From Lama guanicoe (Eukaryota): DNA of 64,000 bases. Every line of letters begins with the position of its first letter. Positions within the stretch are counted from its first letter, which is position 1. This document shows positions 49,166 through 61,254 of this stretch, piece by piece. The notes below the pieces were generated by a model. That model saw nothing but the letters and a program-made list of their open reading frames with translations, was not told the DNA's origin and searched no databases. The position numbers were made by a program, and so were the translations under genes. The stretch lies in NCBI GenBank assembly GCA_013239625.1, contig MU057073.1, forward strand, positions 3,266,022 through 3,330,021, given 5' to 3'.

Positions 49166-51320
49166 GAGAGAGAAAGAGAGAAGGCGTTCATCATCTGTAC
49201 CAATACATGCACAATGGGAGTCCCAAAATGAGATGAAAGAGAGAATGAGGCAGAAAGAAATATTTGAAAAAATAATGGCTAAAATCTTCCTAAGTTGGAT
49301 GAAAAACATTTATACACACACACAAGAAGCTGAGCAAAATCCAAGTAGATTAAATACAAAGAGATCCACATCATAGTCAAATTGACCAAAGTCAAAACCA
49401 GAAAGAACATATTGGAAGTAGCAAGAGAAATCTACTTAAATTGTATGATGGATCCTCAATAAGATAACAGCTGACTTCACCTCAGAAAGGTGAAGAAAGG
49501 ACAGAAGAACGGTGTGTGAAATGTTGGAAGTAAAGACTGGTCAGTCAGTAATTTTATATTCAGCAAAACCATCTTTCAAAACCAAAATGCAACAAAAAGA
49601 CATTCCCAGGTAAAGAAAGACTGAGAGAATGTATAGCCATCACGTCAGCCATATAAGAAATACTAATACAATTCTTTCAGGCTGAAATAAAAGAACACTA
49701 GAAGGTCAGATCCATAGGAAGAAACAGAAAGCACTAGTAAAGGGAACCACATGGGTAAACACGAAAAACAATATAAATATACTTTTGTTTGCAATTCTTT
49801 TTTCCCTCCTATCTAATCAAAAAGACAACTGCATAAAGCAATAGTTACAAATCTGTACTGACTGGCATGCAATGTATATGGTTGTAATTTGTATGACAAT
49901 CACAGCACAAAGGGGTGGAGAGGAAATGGAGCTATAAAGGAGCAAAGACTTTGTGCAGTATCAAAATTGTATTAATCTGGACTGAATTGTTTTAAGTAAG
50001 ATGATAGATCTAACCCACAAGTGACCACTAAGAAAATAACTTAAAAAACAGGCTAAAAGAAATGACAGAAGTTTTAAATGGTACACTAGAAAACACCTAA
50101 CACGAAATAAAGCAGCAGTGATGGAACAGAAGAACAAAAAAGGCACACAACAGAGAAAGCAAATAGCAAGTGACATACGTAAGTCCTATTTGTTTAATCA
50201 AATATCAGTGGATTAAACACTTCAGTTACAACGAAGGGATTGAAAGAATGGGTAAAAATTAAGACCCAGGTATGTTTAATCTACAAGACATACATTGTAG
50301 ATACAAGGACACACATAGCTCAAAAGCAAATAGACGGGAGAAAGACACACCTTGCGAACAGCAACAGAGAGCTGGAAATGCTATTTTAATATCAGACAAA
50401 ATGCACTTTACGACAAACACTACTAGAGAGAGAGAGGTGGCATTTTATAATGATAAAAGAGTCAATTAGTCAAGAAGTGATAATCGTAAATACCTATGTA
50501 CCTAACAACACAGTCCCAAAATACATGAAGAAACAACTCAGAATTGAAGTTGGGAATAGACAATTCAACAGGAATGGCTGAAGGTTTCAAAATCACACTT
50601 TCAATAATGAATGGAACAACTAGGCAGAACAAGAAACAGAAAACTTGAATGGCACTATCGGTCAACTAGATCTAACAGAAATCTATAGAACGTGTCACAC
50701 ACAACAGCAGAACACGCATCCTTCCCAAGCGCACACAGAGCGTTTTCCTGGACAGACCTTATGTTAGGCCATGAAAGAAGTTGCAACTAATTGAAAAGAA
50801 CTGAGATGGTACAAAGCAGGTTCTCTGATGACAATGAAATGAAGTTAGAAGTCAATGACAAAAGGAAATTTGGGAAATTTACACATTTCTGTAATTAAAT
50901 AATACACACCTAAATAAAAACGAGTCAAAGAATAAATCACAAAGGAAACTAGAACTTATGTTGAGATGAATTAAGACAAAAATGCAACATACCAAAATTC
51001 ATGGGACACAGAGAAAGCAGTGCTCAGAGGAAGACTTATAGTTGTAAATCCCTATGTTAAAAACTTAGAAAGATTTCAGAACCATAACCTAACTTTCTAC
51101 CTTAAGAAACTAGAAAAAGAAGAGCAAACTTAACCCAAACTAAGTATGAGAAAATAAATAATAAAGACTAGAGTAAAAATCAATGGAAGGGAAAAGCGAT
51201 AGAGAAGGCCAATGAAACCAAAAGTGTTTCTTTGAAAAGATGAACAAAATTGACAAGCCTTTAGCTAGACTGACCAAGAGAAGAAGAAAGAGGACTCAAA
51301 TTAACAAAACAAGGAATGAA

Positions 51321-51382
51321 GGGGAGAGGGTACAGATCAGTGGTAGAGCGTGTGCTTAGTGTGCACAAGGTCCTGGGTTCAA
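51321..51382 (+). mobile_element. tRNA-Ala-derived SINE head (camelid Vic-1 type), cut off by assembly gap
   Basis: GGGGAGAGGGTACAGATCAGTGGTAGAGCGTGTGCTTAGTGTGCACAAGGTCCTGGGTTCAA has a Pol III A-box-like and a partial B-box (GGTTCAA). It is inserted in L1 after AAGGAATGAA. Confidence 0.85.
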
Positions 51383-51510
51383 NNNNNNNNNNNNNNNNNN
51401 NNNNNNNNNNNNNNNNNNNNNNNNNNNNNNNNNNNNNNNNNNNNNNNNNNNNNNNNNNNNNNNNNNNNNNNNNNNNNNNNNNNNNNNNNNNNNNNNNNNN
51501 NNNNNNNNNN
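51383..51510. other. Assembly gap (128 N)
   Basis: Run of N. Confidence 1.
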
Positions 51511-52837
51511 GAAGTAGAAAGTATTATAAGGAAACACTAGTCATGATTGCATGCCAACAAATTAGATAACCTAGATGGAATTATTTCCTAGAAAGCACAA
51601 AATACCAAAATGGAAAAAAAAATAGAAAACTTGAATACATCTATAAAAGTGAAGTAATTGAGTTTGTAATCACAACACTTCCCACAGAGAAAAGCTAAGT
51701 GCTAACTGGCCTTTCTGGTGAGTTCTAACAAATGTTTAAAGAAGAATTAACACCAGTCCAAATCAAACCAAAGCCAAAAAAGTAGAAGCAGTGGGAATAC
51801 TTCCCTACTCACTTTATGGCAGCCCAGCTTTGTCCTGATATCAAAACCAGACTAAAATATCACATGAAAAGAAAACCAGGATCTCTTGTGAATATAGATG
51901 CAAAAATCTCCAATAAAATACTAGCAAAATGAACCCAGCAACTTATAAATAAAAAGGGTTATACACCATGACCAAGTGGGATTTATTCCAGGAAGTAAGA
52001 CTGGTTGAACAACAAAAATTTCTATTGATCTAATACACTATATTAATAAAAGAAAAGATAAAAATCACACGACCATCTCAATAGATATTGAGAAAAGCAC
52101 TTGCCAAAATCTTGATAAAACCTCTAAATAAAATTGGAAACAAAGGGAGCCTTTTCAATCTGCTAAAGACTATCTAGGAAAAAGCCTGCAGTGAACGTCA
52201 GACATAATGGTGGATGCTTTCCCCCAAGATCAAGACAAGCATGTCTGCTCGCGTCCCTTCTACTCAACATTGTGCTGAAGGCTCTAGCCAGGAGATTAAG
52301 CAAGAGAAAGAATAAGAAGGCATCCAGATTGGAAAGAAAGAAGCAAAACTATCTCTGTTTCCAGATAACCTGACCTTACATGTAAATTACCCTAAGGAAT
52401 CCATTAAAAAAAACCCCACTGGAGCTAATAGGTTCAGCAAAGTTACCAAATCAATGTGCAAAAGTCAGTTGTATTTCTATACACTAGCAATGAGCAATCT
52501 GAAATGAAATTTTAAGGCTGCAATACCTTTCACAACAGCATCAAAAACATCAAATACTTTGGAATAAATTGAGCGAAAGAGGTGCAAGGCTTCTCCTGAA
52601 ATTGATAAAACGTGGCTGATAGAAACCAAAGATCTATTTAGATGGAGATCTGTTCCATGTCCACAGATAGAAGGACTCAATATTGTGAAGACAGCAATTC
52701 TCCCCGCATTGATCTGTGGATTCAACACAATCTCTATCACAATTTCAGCAGAATATTTTTTTCAGAAACTGGGAAGCTGATCCTGAAAATTACATAGACA
52801 AAACAATTTTGGAAAAGAAAGACAAGTTGGAGAAACT

Positions 52838-53017
52838 TGTATTAGTCAGCTAGGCCTGCCAGCGTAACAAAACACCACAGCAGGGGAAGAGTGTACTTAA
52901 AAATAACAGATTTATTTATTATTACACAAATTATTAATAAATTGTAAATAATTATTAACTCCATTCTGTCACAGTGCTGGAGGCTGGAAGTCTGAAATCA
53001 AGGTGTCAGCAGGCCCC
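52838..53017 (-). mobile_element. MaLR LTR fragment (MLT1A-D-like)
   Basis: TGTATTAGTCAGCTAGG...GTAACAAAACACCACAG...CTGGAGGCTGGAAGTCTGAAATCAAGGTGTCAGCAGG. Confidence 0.85.
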
Positions 53018-53059
53018 AGCTATTCCAGACTAGCCCTCAAGCCTACGCTTGGCCTCATT

Positions 53060-53172
53060 AACATTTTATTATTTTTTAAAATTGTTTGTTGTTTACTTTT
53101 TTAATTGAAGTATAGTTGATTTGCAATGTCCTGTCAGTTTCAAGTGCACAGCAAAGAGATTCCATTATTTAG
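53060..53172 (-). mobile_element. Short cetartiodactyl L1 3' tail
   Basis: TTTTTAATTGAAGTATAGTTGATTTGCAATG...GTTTCAAGTGCACAGCAAAG; homologous to 10300 and 57130. Confidence 0.8.
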
Positions 53173-53174
53173 CT

Positions 53175-53388
53175 ACTTTCCCCTTACCTGGGGACATGGT
53201 GGCCACCACTTCCTGCCACGTTCTGCCACAGGAGGCCTGCATGTGTCCTGGTCTGGAGGGGGGTCCTCCTACATTGGAATTCAGGTTGCATGACTGGTGA
53301 GTTTCACTTTTTCTGCCTTTTTCTCATTATTAGGGTGGAAGCTACAGTCTTTGCAGCTTTCTCCGGGCTCCATGGAAGCAGAAGTCCA
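53175..53388 (-). mobile_element. Old L1/HAL1-like 5' end fragment
   Basis: TTTTCTCATTATTAGGGTGGAAGC...GCAGCTTTCT...GGAAGCAGAAGTCC resembles a reversed old L1 5' terminus. Confidence 0.45.
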
Positions 53389-53753
53389 AATCTGGCCCAT
53401 CGGGGTGAAGAGGAGGAGCAAAGGTGAAGGTAGTCAGCACAAGCCGGGCCATGCAGGTTCTGGGGCGCCTGCCTGATCCCTTGGGCACTGACTGGGAGAG
53501 ATGGGTGAGAAAGGGGCTCTTGGAAAGATCACACTAGTGGACAGGTGAGGTGTGGGTTGGATGGAGCAGGGGGAGTAGCTGGTATCTATGGTGAAGAGAA
53601 ATGTTGTGGAGGACCCAGACTTCTAAGATGTGAAACCCCCCTGGGACCTGTATTTGGGCCGATGCACCCATTATAAATAGGGCTGTGGCTTTAAGGCTGT
53701 GAGCTCTCTGGGTCCTTAGGGCTGGGAGCTCTCTCAGGGAAGTGTCTTGGCTT

Positions 53754-54176
53754 TGTAACCCAGAGGGACCCTATAGGGTCTTCCCTCTTGGAAGTGCCCA
53801 GATAATAGTCTTTCGTGCATATTTCTCGAGTTTTTCAGATGCTACAAACCACCACCAAAGGGAAGAAATTAACTACTTGATTATCAGGAGCACGTGGTGC
53901 CCAGATCTTGTAGCGCCTAAGGATCGACAGTGTTAACCACCTTGTTACCACAACATCAACCAATCAGAGAATTGTGCTCCCTGGGGTGCCCCACCCACGT
54001 CTGGCCTTTAAAAATGCTCTGCTGGAACCCTTGGAGGAGTTTGCAGTTTTCTTGGACAGGAGACTTCTGTTCTCCTTCCTCATTCCTGCAATAAACCTTT
54101 CTCTGCTCCAAACTCTGGCATCTCGATTTGTTCAGCCTCACTGTGCAATGGACACATGAACCTTTGTTTGGTAAAA
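53754..54176 (+). mobile_element. ERV1-type solo LTR (423 bp) with 4-bp TSD GCTT
   Basis: GCTT|TGTAACC...GGTAAAA|GCTT; AACCAATCAG 53958-53967; TTTAAAAA 54007-54014; AATAAA 54090-54095. Confidence 0.85.
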
Positions 54177-54204
54177 GCTTTAGGGCTATCAGATCCCTTA
54201 GGAT

Positions 54205-55035
54205 AATTAAAATTTATATAGAAACACAGAAGACCCCGAATAGCCAAAACAGTCTTGAAAAAGAAGAACAGAGCTGGGGGAACATGCTCCCTGACTTCAG
54301 ACTCTGCTACAAACTGCAGTAACCAAAACAGTCTGCGACTGGCACCAAAACAGACACACAGATCAACGGAACAGGATAGAAAGTCCACTTACAGTCCATT
54401 AATCTACAACAGAAGAGGCAAGAATATACAGCGGAGAAAAGACAGTCCCTTCAACAAGTGGTGCTGGGAAAACTGGACTGCTGCCTGTAAAAGGCAGAAA
54501 CTAGAACATTCTCTAACACTATATACAAATAAACTCAAAATGGATTAAAGACTTAAATGTATGACCAGATACTATAAAACCCCTAGAGAAAAACACAGGC
54601 AGAGCACTCTTGGACATAAATCACAGCAATATATTTTTTAAACCAGCTCTTGGAGTAATGGAAATAAAAGCAAAAATAAACAAATGGGATCTAATTAAAC
54701 TTAAAAGCTTTTTCACAGCTAAGGATACCATCAATAAAACGAAAAAGTCTATAGAATGGGAGAAAATATTTCCAAATGATGCAACTGACAAGGGACTAAT
54801 TCCTAAAATATACAAACAGCTCATACACCTCAGTATCAAATAAACAAGCAACCCAATCAAAAAGTAAGGAGACATAACTAGACATCTCTCCAAGTGAGGT
54901 GGGCAGAGGGCCAACAAGCGTGCGAAAAACGCCTACACCACGAATTGTCAGAGAAATGCAGATCAAAGCTGCACTGAGGCATCACCTTACACCCGTCAGA
55001 GTGGCCGGCACGCGAAAGGCCGCTCAGGACAAGGA
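54205..55035 (+). mobile_element. Cetartiodactyl-type L1 ORF2 fragment
   Basis: RRKDSPFNKWCWENWTAACKRQKLEHSLT and KAKINKWDLIKLKSFFTAKDTINK in the ORF track. Confidence 0.92.
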
Positions 55036-56260
55036 CCTGTTTTAGCGTCGAGAGATTTTCCCCGGACAAGGCCCTGGCTCTTTAGCCGTGGGCTCCCTCA
55101 GGGCTCGTGGCGTTAATGCTTTGACCTCCCTCAAGAGAGGGCTCTGACTAGACCTGTGAGTTCCTGTGGACAGGGCGCTGGTTGAGAGCTATGGGCACCC
55201 TCAGGGTGGGGACAGGTCTTCAGGACCGTCAGCTCTCTTTCCAGAAGGCTGTGGTGTGGGTCTCTGAGTTCCCTAAGGATTGTCACTTGTCTCAGGACAG
55301 AAGCCACGCCTTGGGCACAGTGAACTCCCCAGGATGCAAGTCCGGCTCTGGGATGCCTGGCGCTGAGCAGAGCACAGCCTCCAGCTGACCACAGAACTCT
55401 TCCTGGCCTTGTGTGATTCTTGGGGGTCTGTGGCAAGGAAGGAGCAGGCTGGGAAGGTGGGGACTGTGGAGGGGCCTGTCCCCCGAAGCCTGAGGAGACA
55501 CCAAGACCGAGAAGAAGCAGAGGTTTCAGTATCACTGCCCGATCTCTTCCCATATCTGAGCGGAGGACATGTGACTCAAATCTTCTGTTTGGGTTTCAAA
55601 GCTTTCCACTTGGCAAGGATTTCTGTAAATCCTATATATTCCAAATAAATCTGCCTGCAAGCTGATGCTGGGGAGGGTTTTTTTTTCCCCTCAACACTGA
55701 CAACCCAGAGCACCCGAGGGGCCGGGACCATAAATGCACAGAAAGCAGTTTCCCCAGACGTGCTCATCACCGCTGAGGCTTTCTGCTTCCACCCCTGCTG
55801 GGAGAGGCTGACAGTTGCATGTTGTTGGATCATCCTCACACGCCTGGTGTTTTATCCAGGGGATACATGGAGGGGGTGCAGCCAAGAGGCAGAGGGGAGG
55901 CTGGAGCAGGCTCTGAAGGTCCCAGCCCTGATCCCCCATCGGCCTGGCATTTAGCCCGGCTGAGCTGCACTCCAACCACAGAGTTTCCTCTGCTCCTTTG
56001 AGAATGCCCATCCTTCTCCCTGGACTGCCTCCCCTGTCCTGGCTCTCTGTCCCCCCCGGGGGAGTACTGTGTCTCCCAAAACATCCAGCCCCCAAAGACA
56101 GCCACAGCTGTGAGCCCACCAAGCACAGCCATCACCACTCTTCTCCCAGCAGAGCAGGCGGCCCCTCCCACGAGCGTTCTCCATGTCTTAACAGTCAGGG
56201 ACCTTCTCTGAACCTCTGTTTCTTCTTTTGTGGGGATGGGGTCTTCATGGCACCTGCCAA

Positions 56261-56498
56261 CAGGGCTGGGTCTAGGATGAGGCGAGTAAGGCCCTTGCCT
56301 GGGGCGTGACATTTAAAGGGGTGCAGAAAACCCGCAGTAATTAAGATAAATCATCCTTGAACACAATCTATTAAAAAGCCGATTAGTGCAAATATTTCCA
56401 TGATGAGCAAAATATTGAAATTGTAAATGAAGATAGAATCGATCTATCTGGGGTTTTCTTCGGCCTCAAGCTCCAGTAACCCAGCAGGACAGGGCCTG
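56261..56498 (+). mobile_element. MER96B-like hAT-Tip100 element
   Basis: CAGGGCTGGGTCTAGGATGAGGCGAGTAAGGC...CAGTAATTAAGATAAAT...CCATGATGAGCAAAATAT...GCCTCAAGCTCCA...CCTG. Confidence 0.7.
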
Positions 56499-57129
56499 TC
56501 CTAGGAGGCCGGTGCCCCCGGGTGTCCAGGCCCTGAGAGCGCCATGTCGCCCACGGCGTCCTGGCCCGTGGTGGCCCGGGTGCTGGTTGCTGCTCCAGCG
56601 TGGATCACAGCTTCTGTGTTTGTCCGAAGTCCTCTTGTATTTGCAGCCTGTGGCCGGGTTCAATAAGTGTGAAATAAAGGAGCTCAGAGTTTGGGGACAG
56701 AAGGACCCATCAAGTTCCCCTTAGCAGACCTGCTCTTTGAACAGTGGGGGGAATAAAGACCGGGCAGTGGGGCTTGTGCAAAGTCAGTGGCAGGGCCAGA
56801 CCAGGAGCAGGGCCTGTCCTGACCCAGGGCTTCCTCTGGGGTCTGCACATAAACGGCCTCTCTCCAAAGAGGCCCCCTCGTTCTCCCACCAAGATGCTCC
56901 CCAGCTCAGAGCCATGCAAACCTCAGCCGCAGGGCCCACGAACGTTCCTGGCCCTGAAGATGGAGGGAGGCTGGCCCTGTCCATCTCGGCCTCAGGGGCC
57001 TCACCTGTGCAATGACCCAATCCCCTCCTGCCGTAAGAGCGCAGCCCCGTCCCTTTGGCAGTCCGCTCCGTTTGTTTATTTCAATCCAGTCTGTTCTTTG
57101 TTGCTGTTGTTCTAGGAGTCACTGTATTC

Positions 57130-57392
57130 TCGTCTTTTAATTCTTATTTTTCACTGACGTGTAGCTGGCTTACAGTGTTAGTTTCAGGTGTACAGCGAAG
57201 TGATTCAGTTATACATACACATACACATAACACACACTTTTTTTTGAGTTTCTTTTCCTTTACGGCTCATTACAAGACATTGACTATAGTTCCCTGTGCG
57301 ATCCAGCAGGTCCTTGTTGTTTGCCTGTTTTATATACAGTAACGTGTCTCTGTTAATCCCAAATCCTGCCTGTTCTATCCACCCCTCCCTGC
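57130..57392 (-). mobile_element. Cetartiodactyl/camelid L1 3' end
   Basis: GTTAGTTTCAGGTGTACAGCGAAGTGATTCAGTTATACATA...ATAGTTCCCTGTGC...TTAATCCCAAA; homologous to 10310-10540. Confidence 0.9.
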
Positions 57393-58149
57393 TGCCCATT
57401 CCAGCCTCCACAGACCTCGGCTAATTATCTTTCATCCATTCTTTCCATCCTGCTGTAGAGTTGCCATTCTGGTGTGTATATTCCAGTCCCTTCTACTTTA
57501 TTTGTTTTAGCCACTCCGTCCTATTCGGTCCACCCCACCCCGCTGTGTTCTATTCCACCTCCTGCACGCAGCCCCGTTTCAGGGCCCCTGGCTTTCACTG
57601 CTGGGTACCGTGGAAACATCCACTCTGCAGATCACATCCCCTCGGCCCCGCTCACCGCCTTTCCAGCAAGTGCCCACATGAGCTCGTGTTTTGTGGTCGG
57701 TTTATTTTTTTTTTTAAAGTCAACAACCGTGAAGGCAAAGTGAAGCCTGTCTTTCATTTGATAGCTCCCAGATCCATTTCTGATCAGCCTCCTGTGCTCA
57801 GAGGTGTCTGCGAGATTTCAGCCGCCAACATTCCTGTCACCAGCTGTCCTGGGACCGCTGCTTCGTGACTGCAGAGCTGTGGGAGGTGGAGCGGGGGCGG
57901 GGAGGGGTCTCGACTCTTCCGCCAGGAGAACGCTGCTGGGACATCAGCCTGCGCTTTCTCACTCCCCACCCAGTGTGTGCCTTCCCCACTCCCACAGCTG
58001 TCATGAGGTAAAGGGAAACACACAGCTGTGCACACTCATGCAGAACACCCCGCGTTCCATCCCGGCTCCCCAGCCTCAGCTCCAGGCTCCATGGCAGGGG
58101 TGAGGGCACCCAAAGGCATTTCGGGAAAGTCCATGGTTCCGTGTCATTT

Positions 58150-58566
58150 CCTTTGTTGTTGGGAAAAAAAATCCTTCTGGGAAACCAGTGATGCTGGTTT
58201 GTGCTCTAGATCTTTCCTTTGCACATACAAATGTCTCAGTAGGTGTTTTACCAAAGAGATCGTTCATTCATCCTACGACGACTTTTGTCACTCATGGACA
58301 TATTTTCACACTCATAGAGACCTACCGCATTTTTACTGAGTGTATCATATCCCACCACACGGAAGTATTGTTTTATTGAATAGCTCCTCTGCTGAGGAAA
58401 TTGTTTTGCTCTGACAAGTAACAATCCAGTGAACATTTTTGGAAATATACCCACCACGCACATTTCTGCAACAGTTTCTATTGGGTGGGTTCTTAGAAGC
58501 GCTATTGCTTGGTTAAGGAGTGTGCATATTCTGAGATGTCTTAGGAGCTACCAAATTGTCCTTCAG
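58150..58566 (-). mobile_element. L1ME-like 3' fragment
   Basis: AACAATCCAGTGAACATTTTTG...TTCTTAGAAGCGCTATTGCTTGGTTAAGG...CCAAATTGTCCTTCAG. Confidence 0.7.
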
Positions 58567-58624
58567 TTCTAGCTGGAGTAGCCTTTGTGAAATGAATTTG
58601 ATCTTGTGGTTCCTGAACATTAAG

Positions 58625-58665
58625 AACAAAACAACAGCAAAACAAACAAACAAACAAACAAAAAA
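58625..58665. repeat. (AAAC)n microsatellite
   Basis: AAAACAAACAAACAAACAAACAAAAAAC. Confidence 0.9.
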
Positions 58666-58939
58666 CCTGTCTGGAAATGGGATGACTGGGGTGGGCATCT
58701 GGAGGAACTTGCTGTTGGATCACGTCAAAGACTCGCAAATTTCAAGAACTGTCCAGGCAGCACGAACCTGTGTGTCCAAAAGACCGTCGGGGAAAAAATG
58801 ACATCCCTGCCCCTCAGGCTCAGCCCCCTGGGTCCCCCTGGAGCCAGCTGCTCAGATAATGGTTCCAGAGATTTTGAGGGGGGACCACTTGTAGCCATCA
58901 CTGAGGTCAGCCCACCCAGACCTGGGTTGATACCCTCCA

Positions 58940-59260
58940 GACACACGTGGTCTTGAAGGAATCCTTTTCTTTGCAACCTGGAGATTTGGTTTCCTATCCT
59001 ATAAAATGGAGAACATGACACCCACTCCAGATGGTTTTTACTAAATAAGAAAGAAAAATTAACTTGTTTTGTAAATGCCGAAGGGCCCTCCAATGGTGGG
59101 ACATTCTTACCAATCACATAAACTAGGATCATTTCTGTGCCAAAAAGTGACTATTCGAGCTCTTCACTCTATCTCGTTTTGGAGTCCCCATTCTAGTGGA
59201 AGATACTCCTGTGCCTTCATTTAACTATTTTACCTACTCCACCTGACCTGGTCCCCCTCC
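58940..59260 (+). mobile_element. Possible L4 (RTE-X) fossil
   Basis: CTCCAGATGGTTTTTACTAAA (LQMVFTK) and downstream TGTGCCAAAAAG...CACTCTATCTCG resemble the remembered L4 ORF2 C-terminal region. Confidence 0.4.
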
Positions 59261-59624
59261 ATGAGCCCGCTGTACTTGCTTTGGTGGGTGGGGGCACCAG
59301 GAGTCTGAGGACAGGGGATGGCGGTGACTCAGGAGACAGAGTGCTGCAGTGGGCATCTGGCTGGCTGGATGGGCAGTGGGGGACACTGCCCTGGCAAGAG
59401 ACACAGGCCAAGCTTGTCTCCGGGGAGGTAAGGATGAAGGTGATGCTGGTCCTGGACCAACCCCTGTTACATGCCCTGGACCCGCTGTGTTGGGAGCTGG
59501 GGACCCTCTGCCCAGGATGTCTTCAGCAGAGTGGCCTCCTTGTGAGGGTTTGGGGGGAGGGAAGCTGAGCTTCTCCCAGACGGTGGCGTCCCAGCCCGCT
59601 CAGCAGAGTTAGTCTGAAGCCTCG

Positions 59625-59790
59625 TTATGTGGAAGCTGACATCCATTCCTCAGATGGGAAGACTGAGGTTCGTAGAACCCCGAACTCCATTGCCAGTGGT
59701 TCCTTTGGGCCTCAAATACCTATTTTTAAGTTCAACAGGAGAAGCCAGCCAGGATGCGGAACCAGCCCTGAGCCCGCACGCAGTCCTGGG
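59625..59790 (-). mobile_element. MIR fragment
   Basis: CATTCCTCAGATGGGAAGACTGAGGTTC. Confidence 0.6.
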
Positions 59791-60635
59791 AGGCAGAATC
59801 ATGGTCACACAGACGTGGGCCCTGGCACGTCTGGTCCAGAACATGTGTCTAGGACACGGGGCGACTCCCTGACTTGCTCACTTTCCCAGTGCCCAGCCAA
59901 GTCCGAGTAAGTGCCACACCCACTCCTAATGGCTGAGTGGGCGCGGGCATCCTGGGGTGTCCCGACTCCATGGCAACAGCCCAGTCCCAGGACAGGTACC
60001 TCCTTCCTGCACAGAAGGGTCTTGCTGCCCCTTCTTCGGGGCTCTGGACACGTGTGTGGCAGGGGCCTGGGCCCCAGCCCCAGGCAGAGGGCTTCCAGGC
60101 CTGTGGCTGACCGTCCCCACGGAACATTATCAGGAGAGCAGCCCCTGCAGGGGCTCAAAATTGGTTGCATCTCCCGGTGGGAAGATCCAATTTTCACCTC
60201 GGAAAAAGTGGAAGGAGGGAGGGGGTGCAGCCTCTTCGAGTGCCAAGCGCCTCCCCCAGTCATGTCTGAAAGGCTGGAGGCTCCCCTTTGCCTGGCCCAG
60301 CTCAGCAGAAGAGGCGCCAGCAGCTAGCCCTCCGAGGTTCCCCCGGCTGCTCTGAGGGTCTTGGGTTTTGTGCCTGTAAAGTGGAGGGGCTTTGTGAACC
60401 TTCCAAGCCCGGCAGTCTTGCTCTGAGACCAACCCCCTCCTCCAACCTGCTCTGAGCTTAGAATATTCTGTAAACTCCTGGGGCACTAGACGCCATACTG
60501 GGTGCCAGATACGAGGCCAGCCTTGAGGTCTGACCAGGGCTGACCTCACTGAGTGATAAGGACAGGGGAGGGTGGGGGGGTGCAGGCTGCAGGGGGAGCT
60601 CTGAGAAGGGGTCTCAGGCCCAGGCCAGAGGTTGT

Positions 60636-61085
60636 CACTTATTCATTCAATCAACACTTATGCAGTAACTTCTATGTGCCAAGCTTCCTAGGCAAAACCC
60701 AGGAGTGGACAAGGCCCCTGGCCTCCTAGAGCTGATATTCTAGAGGGTGGGGGGCAATAGAGAAATACAAAATTGAACAAACAAGGTAATATCAGACCAC
60801 AATCACATTATGAAGAAAACAAAATCAGTCATGCCTGTGGTGTGGCCACGACAGATGGGCAGGGCACTCCTTTAGATGGGGTGGTCAAAGAGGACCTCAC
60901 GGAGGAGGTGACAACTGGACAGAGCCCCAGACGGCTGCCCCGGCCGTGGCTGTGCTTTGCAGTCAAGGCCGGCGGGACTTGCTGGAGGATGGGATGTGGG
61001 TGGTGCATGACACTGGGACACCACCGGGAGTTTTGATCTGAGCAAAAATGAGTGGTGGTGGCACCATTTGCTGCAGCAGGAAAAC
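60636..61085 (-). mobile_element. L2a-like 3' end
   Basis: TTATTCATTCAATCAACACTTATG...CTATGTGCCAAG...GAGCTGATATTCTAG...GGAGGAGGTGACA. Confidence 0.88.
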
Positions 61086-61254
61086 TGGGGAGTGACCGGG
61101 GCTACTAAGGAGCTCTGCTTTTGTCCTGTGAAGTCTGGGACAGGGGTCTCTGGGGGCTTGCTGCTCCTGCCCTGCAGGGGAGCTGGGTGCCTCCTCCACT
61201 CCAGCGCACACGCTGGACGCCGTATGCACTTCTAACACTGGAGAGTCTGTCTTC

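Larger units (their letters stand above)
49170..52837 (+). mobile_element. L1 (L1MA/MB-like) ORF1 3' half, inter-ORF region, ORF2 endonuclease and RT; degenerate
   Basis: GCTATTTTAATATCAGACAAAAT (AILISDK, endonuclease); AGACCTTATGTTAGGCCAT; TTCTCTGATGACAATGAAATGAAG; CATGACCAAGTGGGATTTATTCCAGG (HDQVGFIPG). Interrupted by a SINE and an assembly gap. Confidence 0.92.

Noticed and set aside
51321-51382. tRNA-Ala gene
   Set aside because: Diverged stems, extra 5' bases and insertion inside an L1 indicate a tRNA-derived SINE.
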